Part shown: positions 11,900 to 22,893 of the stretch, piece by piece
How the letters are laid out: the number at the start of each line of letters is the position of its first letter
Position numbering within the stretch: the stretch's first letter is position 1
Assembly (NCBI GenBank): GCA_025594325.1
Contig: JANHCV010000004.1
Location: forward strand, 310,001-374,000
Reading direction: 5' to 3'
From: Blastocladiella emersonii ATCC 22665
Taxonomy: Eukaryota; Fungi; Blastocladiomycota
DNA length: 64,000 nucleotides
Made by a program: the position numbers and the translations under genes
The notes under the pieces: model-generated
Told to the model about the DNA's origin: nothing
What the model saw: the letters and a program-made list of their open reading frames with translations, nothing else
Database searches by the model: none

Positions 11900-12090
11900 G
11901 CGGCCATGGTGTTACGCGTCGTTCATGCGGTGGTGATTGGGATGATCACCCACCTGATCTCACGTGCTTCGCCCGCAACCGCCTATTTCGCCCGCCGCGA
12001 TCCCGCGGCGGCGCTACCGCTTTTGTCATCCTCTCTCCCTCACCCAGCCCTGGTTCGGGGCCGAGGCAGGAATACACAACCCTGACTAGC
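11900..12090 (-). repeat. ~185 bp dispersed repeat, copy B (inverted copy of 2055-2235)
   Basis: See copy A; the ORF track shows both copies ending in GRNTQP*. Confidence 0.9.
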
Positions 12091-12512
12091 TGCATCGTGT
12101 CTCCTCGAGTCCCCCTCGTTTGCCACTCAACACACCCGTGTGGTGCAACGCGTGGCGTGTGAGACAAGCGTGATATCGCAACGCGTCTCTCGCAAAGCTC
12201 CCCCAGAACGCGTCCCCCAGAACTGCTCGCTGCTCTATTCCTCGTTCGAAAAAAAAACTAAATCAAGGGGAAAATGGGCATGAAAGAAAAGCCGTTGCGC
12301 CCCTTGGTTGGCTGTTTGCAGTTGTGGCGCGCTCGAACTAGCCGCAACTAACGCACGGCGCGGCACGCGACCAAAAACCGCATCCGCACCCGCGGACGCA
12401 CAAATTTGAGCGCAACGTTGACCGTCGTCGCGGCTTGGGCGCCAGCTGCTTCAAGCCAAGCAAGAGCCAGCGATCTCATCTCCATCACCCGCTTTGGCCT
12501 TGTGTCGCGCCG

Positions 12513-12642
12513 TTCCGTTTTCGCCAGGTTCCGTTTTCGCCAGGTTCCGTTTTCGCCAGGTTCCGTTTTCGCCAGGTTCCGTTTTCGCCAGGTTCCGTTT
12601 TCGCCAGGTTCCCTTTGCTCCTTTGCTCCTTTGCTCCTTTGC
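12513..12642 (+). repeat. Minisatellite 6 x TTCCGTTTTCGCCAGG followed by (CTTTGCTC)n
   Basis: Six perfect 16-mers at 12513-12608, then three to four 8-mers. Confidence 0.97.
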
Positions 12643-12898
12643 AGCCGCGGCCCGCTGCTGTCTTTGCCCTCTCTCTCTCTTTCTTGGCGCGCAACTTTGC
12701 TCAGTCTCTCAACCGGCTTGAACAACAGACACGGACCAGATGGCCGCTAGCTCGTCCTTTGTGCCGCCCGCTCGCTCGCTCGTTCAACTGAACCGTAAAA
12801 TTCCAGCTTCCTTCTTGAAGCGTGTGTATCGCGGATCGCGTCCGCGCGCGCGCGCTTGATCTTGAGCGCAACATTGACCTTTTGCGACTTTGCCAAAG

Positions 12899-12950
<52 letters not shown>

Positions 12951-12967
12951 TATCATCATTATCATCA
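12899..12967 (+). repeat. (ATC)n microsatellite
   Basis: About 22 ATC/ATT units; this explains the poly-Met ORF on the minus strand. Confidence 0.98.
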
Positions 12968-14509
12968 CTTGCACACTACGCGGCATGACGCGTGACCCGC
13001 CATGGCGTTGCATTGGACGGTGCGATGCCCAGTAGTAAGTCGAATGTATAGTCGTAGTTGATTGACTTGGTCGAGGTCAAGTGCACTCACAACGTGGCGG
13101 GTGAGTGGAACGGGCAAGGAGCCCCCGCCTGCCGTTTAAATGCGGGATGGAGTTTGAACCACAAGTTCGAACCCCAGAGCGCAGCGCCGCGTGCGGGGAG
13201 TCTCCGTTTTCCCCTTTTCGGTCCCGCCGAGATGTTTTGGCCCCCGCCAGAGTTGTTCCATTTTTCTTTCTCTATAGGGCCGGTCGTCTTTGTCTCGCGT
13301 CAATCGTGAACTGCGTTTGAGCGCGACCAACCAACGAGGTCGAGACAAAGGCAAAAAAGGGAGGAGATCCCTGAAACGGACGCGTCTCGGCGCGTCGCGA
13401 TTGGAGTGGCAGGGACGTCACGTCGATGTGAGGTGAGAGCGAGCGAATGGCGTCGCCCAGCTCGCGCGACTCGACTCGACTTGACCAAAACTCCAGCCCA
13501 TAGCACTGCGAATAATGGAAAGACGCTCCCATGCAACTGCATGCATTGAATTCATCTTGTTCAGGCCATGCAAGCGGTGCCGCTCTTGTCCCGTCATACA
13601 CGCGACACGGTGCACCCGGCGCGGGTCGAGTTGAATTGAGCTGAGCGGGCGACAACTCGTTGCTGTGGAGCCTCGCGCCAGGCTGTCGTCAGCTTTCCAC
13701 CCGTCGCACATTGTCGCGTTTCGATTTGGCCCTCAGGGGACGGCAGGCAGTAAGGCGGGCGAGCAAATGCTGCCGCGGGTCGATCCGCTACGGCTGGCTC
13801 TTGCTAGCAAGGTTTGCCTCCGTCCCTGTTCCATGGTCCGCCCCCTATCCCGACCTGCTTCAGGACGCAAGTTTCCTCCCTCACCCAATTTGAACAGACC
13901 GTGCCGGCAGGGCGCGTTTCCGTGAAAATCACGCGTTACTGATTGCTCACGTCCGCGAAACGGCTCTGTCTGGGCATCGCTGCGCGGAGCGGATGTAACA
14001 GTGACCGAGACTTTTGTTGTAACCGCGTAGCTTCGTGGTAAGGCTTGGTTCGTGGAGACCAGCGCGTACCACGTCCCGTACGCGATTGAAACGCGTTCAG
14101 GTTCTTGCTTGGAGATGGCCAAACCCGCTGCAAGCACCTCAGCTGGTCGTTCCTGTCGCAGACCCGCCTTCTAGCTTCTTTCATCATCCGTATCCTTCAT
14201 CATGCAGAGGATCAGCTCATCTTGAGAGCAGCAGCGCATGTGGAGCCGGTTCTCTATTTATTGCGGTCCTGACGGTTTGCCAAGCGCCTGGGACCCTGCC
14301 CTCCCCTCTGGCCTCGTGAAAACCATGGCGAAAACGAGTATACAATGCCACCGAATGACAGTGCGTGACCCTCACCCGATATTGCGACACCTATAAAAAC
14401 GTTTCACGAGGGCACCACCACGCGGGTCGTTTGTTGGCTCTGGATTTCCACAGGTCGTTCATATTTTCTTGTGCCAGGTCAGCGTATCGAACAAGTTTGA
14501 TGTCATCAC

Positions 14510-14750
14510 CAAACCGCGCCTGCCGAGGCCCCATGGATCCAGGGTGGATCCACCTCGAGCCTTCCAGCGCTGAATCGACCTCTTGATCAACGCTTGATCC
14601 AGATTTCGCAGACCGGATCCACCGTCATGAAAGGTGGATCCAGCCTTGACTGGCGCGAGCTGGAATGAGCTTCGCGGCGACCTGGATCGAGACGTTGATC
14701 CATTTCCTTGAAAGTGGACCCACACCTTGATCCACGCGCCCTGGATCAAC
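14510..14750. repeat. TGGATCCA/GATC-motif array (left)
   Basis: About 10 GGATCC/TGATCC-type words in ~220 bp, starting AAACCGCGCC..TGGATCCAGGGTGGATCCAC. Confidence 0.85.
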
Positions 14751-15019
14751 TTGTTGTAAATGTAGTTTTAGGCGTCGATCTACGTCTATATCCAACTCTT
14801 GCTCAGGCAGAACCAGGAGCTGATCGACGGTGAACATGGTGGTGAAGAAACTCGTGCGAAAATGTATCGAAATGGTCGCAACGACCCAGAAAAGCATTTG
14901 AGGGAGCCGAACGCAACTAGACGTGTTCGTGCTGCTGCAGGATGAGCTCGAGCCCGTCGCCAAACGTTGTGTTTGCGCCGCCAGGATCACGGCGGTCCAC
15001 AAGTCGAGCGAGTTGGCGA

Positions 15020-15450
15020 TCTGCGGCATCATGAGCAGCGTGAGGCTCGCAGCGTCGTCGTACACGTTGATGAGGTGCTCGGTGTACCCGCCCTGGTGCG
15101 CCGAAGATGGCCGGTTCCCGTTCGGCGCGACGTGAAGGAAGGCCGAGATGGCCGACAGCGGCACGATGTGGAACTCGCACGTGGCGGGCTGCGTAGGGCG
15201 GAGAGCAAACGTCTGCGCGGCGTATAGGCCCGGCGGAACGACGCGCGGCACCGACTGGTAGAGGTGGAACCGCTCGACGAGCATGATCTCAAGTTCAACG
15301 TTGTCCAACTCCAGGTCGGAGGGCCAGGTGCGCGGATTCCGCTTAGCGAAGCACATCCAAGGGCAGCGGCAAACTTTAAGTACTACCTGAGCCTCACGAA
15401 AATTCACAAACAAAGGGACAGTCTTCACGGCCGCCGCGACGACACTCTTC
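15020..15450 (-). pseudogene. Plavaka/CACTA(EnSpm)-like transposase C-terminal remnant
   Basis: Translation FREAQVVLKVC...EIMLVERF...PPGLY...HIVPLSAISAFLHVAP...HLINVYDD resembles the Plavaka C-terminal pattern (RVAQVRxIF, LAYVEWF, MYxV, IIPLxxIxRxxHLxP, xVNxYxD) as recalled. No catalytic core is visible upstream. Confidence 0.5.
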
Positions 15451-18400
15451 GCGGGGGGAGCGCCGCGGGATGGCTCGCCATGCGACCAGGTCCGTCTCGG
15501 TCCACTTCCAAAGCTCACGGCACGGCCACACGCTTGCAGCGAGTGATTCATGGATCATTCATAGAGTGCGACGTCGCGGTGCTGTCACCGGGAGGAGGGA
15601 GCGCCGCCGCTGCGAAGGGAGGAGCGAAACGCGTCGAAACGCGTCGGAATGAGGTCACGCGTGGGCGTGCCGCTCGTTTATGGACTCCGATCAGAGACAA
15701 AAGCCAAGTCGCGTTTTTCGGACACGTTCCGGACGCGTTCGAAAAGGGTTTTGTCGCGCGCGTGACCGAACGCGTCTGCGGTGCGTTCGAAGTTTTTCCG
15801 CTCCTCCCTCAGCAGGCAGGGCGAGCGACCACCGCGCGGCAACGCTCGCTCCCTCCTGGACTCGCTCGCTTCGTCGCTCATGGAACTCGTACAGCGTAAC
15901 TGATATGAATCTTCATGGAGGATCGTTGCCACGCTGAGCTTATGTCTACTGCGGACTGCGTGGCGCTCGGATCCCGCCTCCCCAAGCGTGAGGGCACCAA
16001 GCAGCGGCCGACTCTCCGCAACGGCCTCGCGCCTGGTTCTTGAGAAGCTATGCCTCCATGAGTGGTTGTGAACACGTCGGAGGGGTGCACCGTGCTGCCC
16101 GGGTCGCTCGCCAGCGCGGATCGGACGACGCGCCACTTCTTGAGCCATGTTGCGAAGACCGCTGCGGTCGTGAACGAGCGCCGCGCCCGAGCTGACCTTC
16201 GCAGCACGAGTGACCGTGTCTCGCTCGTCTGGGCTCGCTCGAACAGACAGCGTGCGCGCGACGGCGACGGGTGGCGCCCGCTTCGTGGGAAGCGTGGAGG
16301 ACTGCGCGTGACGGCAGCCACTCGACTGCTCGCGGCGCCGGCGGGCAACGCGGAGCGGAGGGCAGCAGCGACTACTTGTTGGCGTCTTCACAAGCGTCAG
16401 CAACGTCGCTTGTAAGCTAGAGCGTCGGGAACCTTACTTTGACGCGCCTGAGCCGGTACGCGGTGCAAACATCGTACGCCGACCGCGAGCGATGTACACG
16501 ACCGCGGAGGCGGCTCCCGCGCCGACGGTGACGCGCTAAAACGTTGCGGGCGAGTCTAAGCAGGTCCCCGCCGCTGCGAGCTTGGCGCGCTCGTGTTGCT
16601 ACACTTTAACGCGGCCGTACAGCAGCTGGCTTCCCGTCACCGCGGCGAGAACGGCGATGCTTTGAACTTGTGCACGCCTCGTCGCGCAAAACTTAAACTC
16701 GAGATCGACTCAACCCGAGGAACTCAGTGAGCTCGTTCCGTTGGGCTCGCGGCGTGAGCGAGTCGCACGGTGAGCTGACGGCGCCCGACCCCAATCTCGG
16801 GGTATGCCCGCGTTTCTCGGAGCCTTACCGGCTTCAGCTGCTCCTCGTCACGCGAAGCGCTGCACCTGTATCACGACGGGACCGGCGCGGAACTTGGCGG
16901 GTCCTTTGACCGCGTATCGTCAAGGACGACCACGTACGCGTGAACCGAGGCGGGGATGATCTCTTGGGTGCGATTGCTGCAGTGACGCGCGCCGTCGGGG
17001 CCAAGTATCTCACTGACCTAGCCGATCCGTACTCTGTCGAGCAGTCGTTCATCCAGCCTCAAGTCAAGTTCAGCAACGTTGTTGCAGATGCACCACGCAC
17101 CCACTCGCCGCCGACCCGGCCGCTGCGAACCGCTCGCTGCTGTTCTACATCCCCTTGCCCACGAACCTGGCCGCCGCGAGCTGTTAGCTGTTCCGCGTGC
17201 TTTCGCTCACGGGCACCAATCGATCTGAGCTGTCGGACCGGGCGTTTGCGATTTGGCGCCACGTGGTTGGATTGTACTCGCTCGCCGGCGTCATCGCGGA
17301 GCACCACGTCAACAAGGACCGCTTAATGTTTATAGTCATTAAGCATGCTCGCTCCTAAAGTCATTAAGCATGCTCGCTCCGTCCTCAGGTTTCGCGGTCG
17401 AAACCCTCTAGGACAGCCACAAGAACCCCGTAGCGACCCGCCTCCGCTGAGCTGACTACGTCATGTCGCACAATCTATCGTACCTCAATTCGCTTACACG
17501 GTAAGCATCGGGTCATGCGCATCTTTCGAGAGCACGCACGATGTCTACCTTTCTCGGATGAGAGCCTCGCTCACACGTCCGCTCATCGTCCCCTATTCTG
17601 TCGGATCCGCGCAAGCGCGCTCAGATTTTCTCCATGGCCATGGCCATCGCCTTTGCCAGCTGCCATCTATGCGACTTGTAAGCGCTTTCTTCCTTCCTAC
17701 TTGCGTCCGTCCTGCCGTAGCTTGCGAAACTGCGAGATTCTTCCCTTCTTGTTGCCGCCGAAGACTTGAATAGAGTACCCATTCGCACCATTTGTACCGC
17801 GCTCAAACCCACAACGCGGCGATTAGTCAACGTGACCAAGGCGAGGCGCGTTGCGCCACATCGCCGTGTGAGACACGGTCCCAGGGACTTGTTGTGCTAC
17901 GGGACGTGCGCCGCGCTCGCGGCCAACGAGTCGGCGCTTCGCTTCATTGCAGCGTATTCCCCAACGACCTGCTCACGCTACCCGCCGGCGCCGACGTCGC
18001 CGCCACGATGTACTCGCGATTGCATGTCTCGTTTATGACTCGGCGACGCAAGCACTCTCGTGAACCCCTTCGCCAGCCCTGCGCATCCCTTCATCACTAT
18101 CCGGGCTACGGAAACGCACAACGTGATGATCGAGGTCATGGTCGCGCTGAAGGTGAACAGCGCAACGGCGGTCACGGCCAACATGGTTGTGCACGACGAG
18201 CCCAACTCGGTCCTCCCCATCATATTCATAAATGGCTGCACTGACGAGTTTGTCGTCGCTCTCGCTATGCTGCTGCCGCCCTTCACAAACGGCGTGAACA
18301 GCGCCGTTTGTGAAGGGCGGCAGCGGCGAGACCGAGAATCGGCGGCGCTCGTCTTGCAAAGGGCCACGGCTCAGTTTGAAGAGCGCTTTGTCGACTACAC

Positions 18401-19029
18401 CGCGCTTACTCGCAAGCGAGGCAATGAGGCGCGAGCGGCGAGCCCGGCGGCACCAACACTATGACGATGCAGTCCACTTGACCAGGCCTCAACGGCGTTC
18501 GGCCGCCGCCAACGCTCCTCGGCGAGCTGTATTACAAGTGCCTTCTTGCGCGCGTCGAGCTAGAGCGGACGAACGTGCAGGAGATTGAGACTCTGCGACT
18601 AGCACCCGCTGCTGGTGCAGGTCCACGGCTCCCTTGCTGGCTCCCGCATTCGCCATGAAGCCATTCTCCCTCTCCAATTGTCACGCTACGACAAGACAGT
18701 CGGGCAACCCTTGTACTTCGAAGCTCGTACTGAGGCGAGCGAAGAGTTGCGAGGTCGAAGCGTTGCTACGTTTTCTATCAGGGCAAGCACTTCCAATCCA
18801 ACGGCCGGCCGGCGTCGCGCGGGCGCGCGTTGGTCGCAGTGGTCCTGCTGGTGCTGCTGCTCGGCCAGGTCCTGGTCCTTGTGCTGTGTGCGTCGTCGCG
18901 CTGCCCGTGAGCACGCCCGCGCCCAGCTTGACGCGCCAGCTTGCAGGCACCCGCGGTAGTGGCGCGAGTGGCTCGTCGCGCTGCTGCTCCTGTTGTTGCG
19001 GCTCGGCCGCCGCGGCAACGGCGCTCGTG

Positions 19030-20480
19030 AGTGACGACTGCTCCACGAGGTGCGAGACGTGCGGCAGCCACAGTCCGACGCGGACCTCGTGGTCCGCCAG
19101 AGACACGACCTGCACGACTATGGTACGCAGCAGCAGCGGCGACTGTAGTCAGGCGACGACCACGTACCGCGCGCGGGGCTCAGTGGCGCGGGAGCTTGCG
19201 TCCGCCTCGGTTCGCGCCACGCACGCGCGGCACGCGGCGCGGGATCTTGGCCTCGATGGCGGCCTGGGCCGCGGCGCCGGCGGCGCGTTGCTGCTGCTGG
19301 TTTGGCGTCGCGGGCGCGATCTCGGGCACCTAGGCGTGCACTGGCTTCACGTACTAGTTGACGCCGTCGTTAAGCACCACGCACGACTTGAGGCGGTGCA
19401 GCGACTCGGGTCCTACAAGCTGCCCGGCGAACCGCGTCGCGCTCGCGACAATCGCTTGTTCGAGCGTCGGTCCGTCCGCGATCGCGCCGCCAACGAGGTC
19501 CTGCGCGGGTCGCCGCTGCTGCTCTGTCGCGGGCGATGAGACGCCGAGGAGCGACTTGACGCGGGTGACGACCAACGCGCGGATCCCGCCGACCAGCTCA
19601 GCGACGCGGCCAGGCGCGTGGTTGGGGCACACGGCGTAATGCGCCTGCGAGTCGACCGCGCCGCACGTACACTTGTCGCCGTGCACGAACCGGGTCGGGT
19701 ACAGCGCGTACTGGCCCTGGCGCGACGGCCGGATGCCCGTGGCCGCCTTGAGCGCGACTCCCGTCATCCCGTTCTGCTCTCGCAACGTCTCGCGGGCGAG
19801 CGGCTTGGTCCCGCCGTGGATCGCAAGCGACGTCGCGAGCCAGTCCACGCCGTCGGCGACCGCGTCGGCGCCCTGCAGCGTGCCCGTGACACCCGTACCG
19901 TCCTGCTGCTGCTGCGCGAGCACCATGGCCGCCCGCGTCGCGCACTCGGCCTTGAAGCGGCGCGCGATAAAGTTGCGCAGGTCCGAGCACACGGGCACGC
20001 CCTTGAAGTGCAGCGCGTGCGGTTCGGCGACCATCGCACGGATACCCGGGTACACGCGCGCCGTGTCCTTGCCGCGGTCGCGCTCCGCCGCGCCCATGGA
20101 CGTGAGCACGTCAGTCGTCATTTTGCCAAACTCGCCGTTGTGGCCCTTGACCCACTTGAGCGTCAGCGGGAGCCCGCGGCCCTCGAGCGCGACGCGCATC
20201 GCCGCCCACATGTCCGAGTACTGCGCGCGGATGTGCTTGCGCAGCTGCGTCTCGGCGGCTGCTGCAGATGCGTGATGGCGGCCGCAATGAGCGCCTGTGA
20301 GTTGATGAGCACGTGCAGCGCGGTGCACGGCACGGCGTGGTTCATGGCAAGCAGCAGCGCATACAGCTCTCTGCGCGTCGACGGGTGTGGCCAGGGCGGC
20401 CACGAGCTGACGCGTACCACGCTGTCGCGACGGCGCAGCCCGTGGACTCGTGCAGCACTAGAGCAGAGCAGCGACGAACC
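19030..20480 (-). mobile_element. 5'-truncated non-LTR retrotransposon (LINE) ORF2 remnant: RNase H plus C-terminal CCHC finger
   Basis: STRRELYALLLAM..LHVLINSQALI, then (frameshift) LTLKWVKGHNGEFG = RNase H motifs. Downstream KCTCGAVDSQAHYAVCP = LINE C-terminal zinc finger, and VGLWLPHVSHLVEQ resembles the IW-x-x-R motif. Catalytic residues are degenerate and no RT domain is present. Confidence 0.8.
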
Positions 20481-20649
20481 GGCGTGTGCAGCACTGGAAC
20501 GGGTCGGCAACGAATCGGAGCGCGTCGCGTGCGCGCGGGGGCGACGCGCGGGCGCGCTTCGACTCGGAACACAGGCGGTGCATTCAAAGCTACACACGGT
20601 GCTTTGTCGTACACGGAAACAAGCCGGGAGCGTTCCCGTTTGACGATCA

Positions 20650-22050
20650 GTTGCTGCGCGCGACGACGCCGTGATGCGGAAAGCCACCGCTCCTCCTACG
20701 GCGGGCGGGGCACCCTTGCGCCGCCAGAACAAAGCAGCGAGATACCACGAGCATCCTCAAAGTGTTGTGAACATCGAAGCCCACTGCGGTGGCGTACACG
20801 GCCGAACGACGCGAGCGACGGGCGGGGACGTCGTCGACCCGCTTCCGCGGACGAGCGAGCGGTCGCGCTTCTCCACCGGCTAGCGCAGACCGACGAACGA
20901 GCGTATAGACGAAGGCTAGCGAGCGAGGAACGCCACCGTCTACCGATCGGGCACGGCGCGAGGCGACGTGGTGTTGCTGAACGCCACCGCTTCTTTGGCG
21001 ACATGCGGCGCACGGCACACCCTTACGCCACCAGCACGAAGCGGCGGGATACCGGGAGCGTCTCCAACACGTCGCGCCCGTTGAATCTCGCCGCCGTAGC
21101 GCACGCAGCCGATTGATGCGAGCGACGGGTGGAGACGTCACCGCTTCCCTTGCGGCGCGCGGCGCACGGCGCGCTCTTGTGCCACCAGCACGGAGCAGCG
21201 AGATACCGGCAGCGTCCCCGACAGGTTGCGCTCGTCGAGCTCTGCTGCCGTAGCACACACGGCCAATCAACGCGAACACCAGTCGGGGACGTCGCCGGCC
21301 TGCTCCTGCGGACGAGAGAGCGGTCGCACGTCCCAAGGGATCGGCGCAGACCGACGAACGAACGCACGAAAGCAAGCCGGCGAGCGGGGAACGCTACCAC
21401 CCGCCGAACGGTCGCGGCGCGAGGCGACGCCATGGTGCGGTGCGCCACCGCTCCGCTCGCTGCGCACGGTACGCGTTCTTGCGCCGCGAGCACGAAGCAG
21501 CGACGTACCGGGAGGGTCTCCAACATGTTGCGCTCCTCGAACACCGCTGCTGTCGCTCGCGCTGGCTGGCCGCGTGCGCGACGGGCAGGGACGTCGCCGA
21601 CCCGCTCCCGCGGACGAGCGAGCGGTCGCACGTCCCCAGCGGCTAGCGCGGACCGATGGGCGAACGTACGGACGCAGGCTAGCGAGCGGGAAGCGCCACC
21701 GGCCGCCGAACGGTCGCGGCGCGAGACGACGCCGTGGTGCGGAACGCCACCGCTTCCTTCGCGTCGCGCGACGTACGGCGCGCTCTTGTGCCACCAGCAC
21801 GGAGCAGCGAGATACCGGGAGCGTCTCCAACATGTTGCGCTCGTCGAACCCCGCCGCCGTATCGCACGCGGCTGGTCGACGCGAGCGACGGGCGGAGATG
21901 TCGCCAACCCGCTGCCACGGGCGAGCGAGCGGTCGCACGTCCCAAAGAACCAGCGCAGACCGACGAACGAGCGTACGGGCGCAGACTAGCGAGCTCGGGA
22001 CGCCACCGCCCGCCGATCGGACTCGGCGCGCGGAGCCACCGTGTCGCGGA
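20650..22050. repeat. Tandem array of ~305 bp diverged GC-rich units (~4.5 copies)
   Basis: The anchor GCAGCGAGATACC(G) or a variant lies at ~20735, ~21040, ~21195, ~21495 and ~21805. GAGCGAGCGGTCGCACGTCCC and AGACCGACGAACGA recur with similar periodicity. Confidence 0.9.
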
Positions 22051-22893
22051 CCGTTTCCGTCGCGCTGCGCAACCCGCCGCGTGCACAGGCGCATGCAGTA
22101 CGACGCAAGGAACTCGGGAACCGGCTCGAGCAAGCATGGCGCGCGAGCTCGTCGCCATGACGGGTACGGCCGGGCGCGCGCGAGATCGGACCGCCGTCAA
22201 GTCGTCGTCGCGCACGGGCGGTTGTGCTACTTCCGCAGCCTCAAGGACCAACATAACCGATACCTCGGACGTGTGCACACCGAGGAGAGCGCATGCCGTC
22301 GGCGCTAGCGCGTGGAGTCGCTCCCGGACCGCGAACCGGCCAACTCTCGCTAGCGTGCACGCTGGCGTCTCATCTGACAGGCTCACGATCAAGCACTAGC
22401 AAAAGTCGAGCAAGAAACTTCATGTATCATTCATTCGCAGCTGCATGGGAGGGGAGTAGAGAGCGTTACATGGCTGTCTCGCAGCGGCGGAGAGCGAGCG
22501 TGCGCTGCGAGACAGCTGGCCGCTTCAGGCAGGGGCGCGGAAAAACAAACGCGGCAGAAGGGCGAACGCGCCGATTGGCCAGAGGGGTTTTGTCCACGGT
22601 CACGTCGCGCGAATCGCGTTCCGAAAAGCGCGTTTGCTCATGTGGTGTGGCGCCGCTGAAAGCTGATTGGTCAGAAACGTGTTCAGGACGCGACCGGACG
22701 CGAAGACGCACGCGACTTGGCTTTTGTCCCCGATGCGCCGCCATACTCGTTTCGGCCGCGTTCGCTTTTGCGGACTCTGCGCCGCGACGGCTCGCGCTCC
22801 CTCGCCCCACCACCAGCGGCCATGATATCGACCCACTCGACTCTCGAGACCTAGCGCAACCGCCTGCACCACCACCCCTCAACCTCCATGTAC

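Noticed and set aside
12747-13013. Poly-Met ORF
   Set aside because: Product of the (ATC)n microsatellite.
18060-18464. Retroviral-type aspartic protease
   Set aside because: No D(S/T)G motif; the ORF is protein-like but unassignable.
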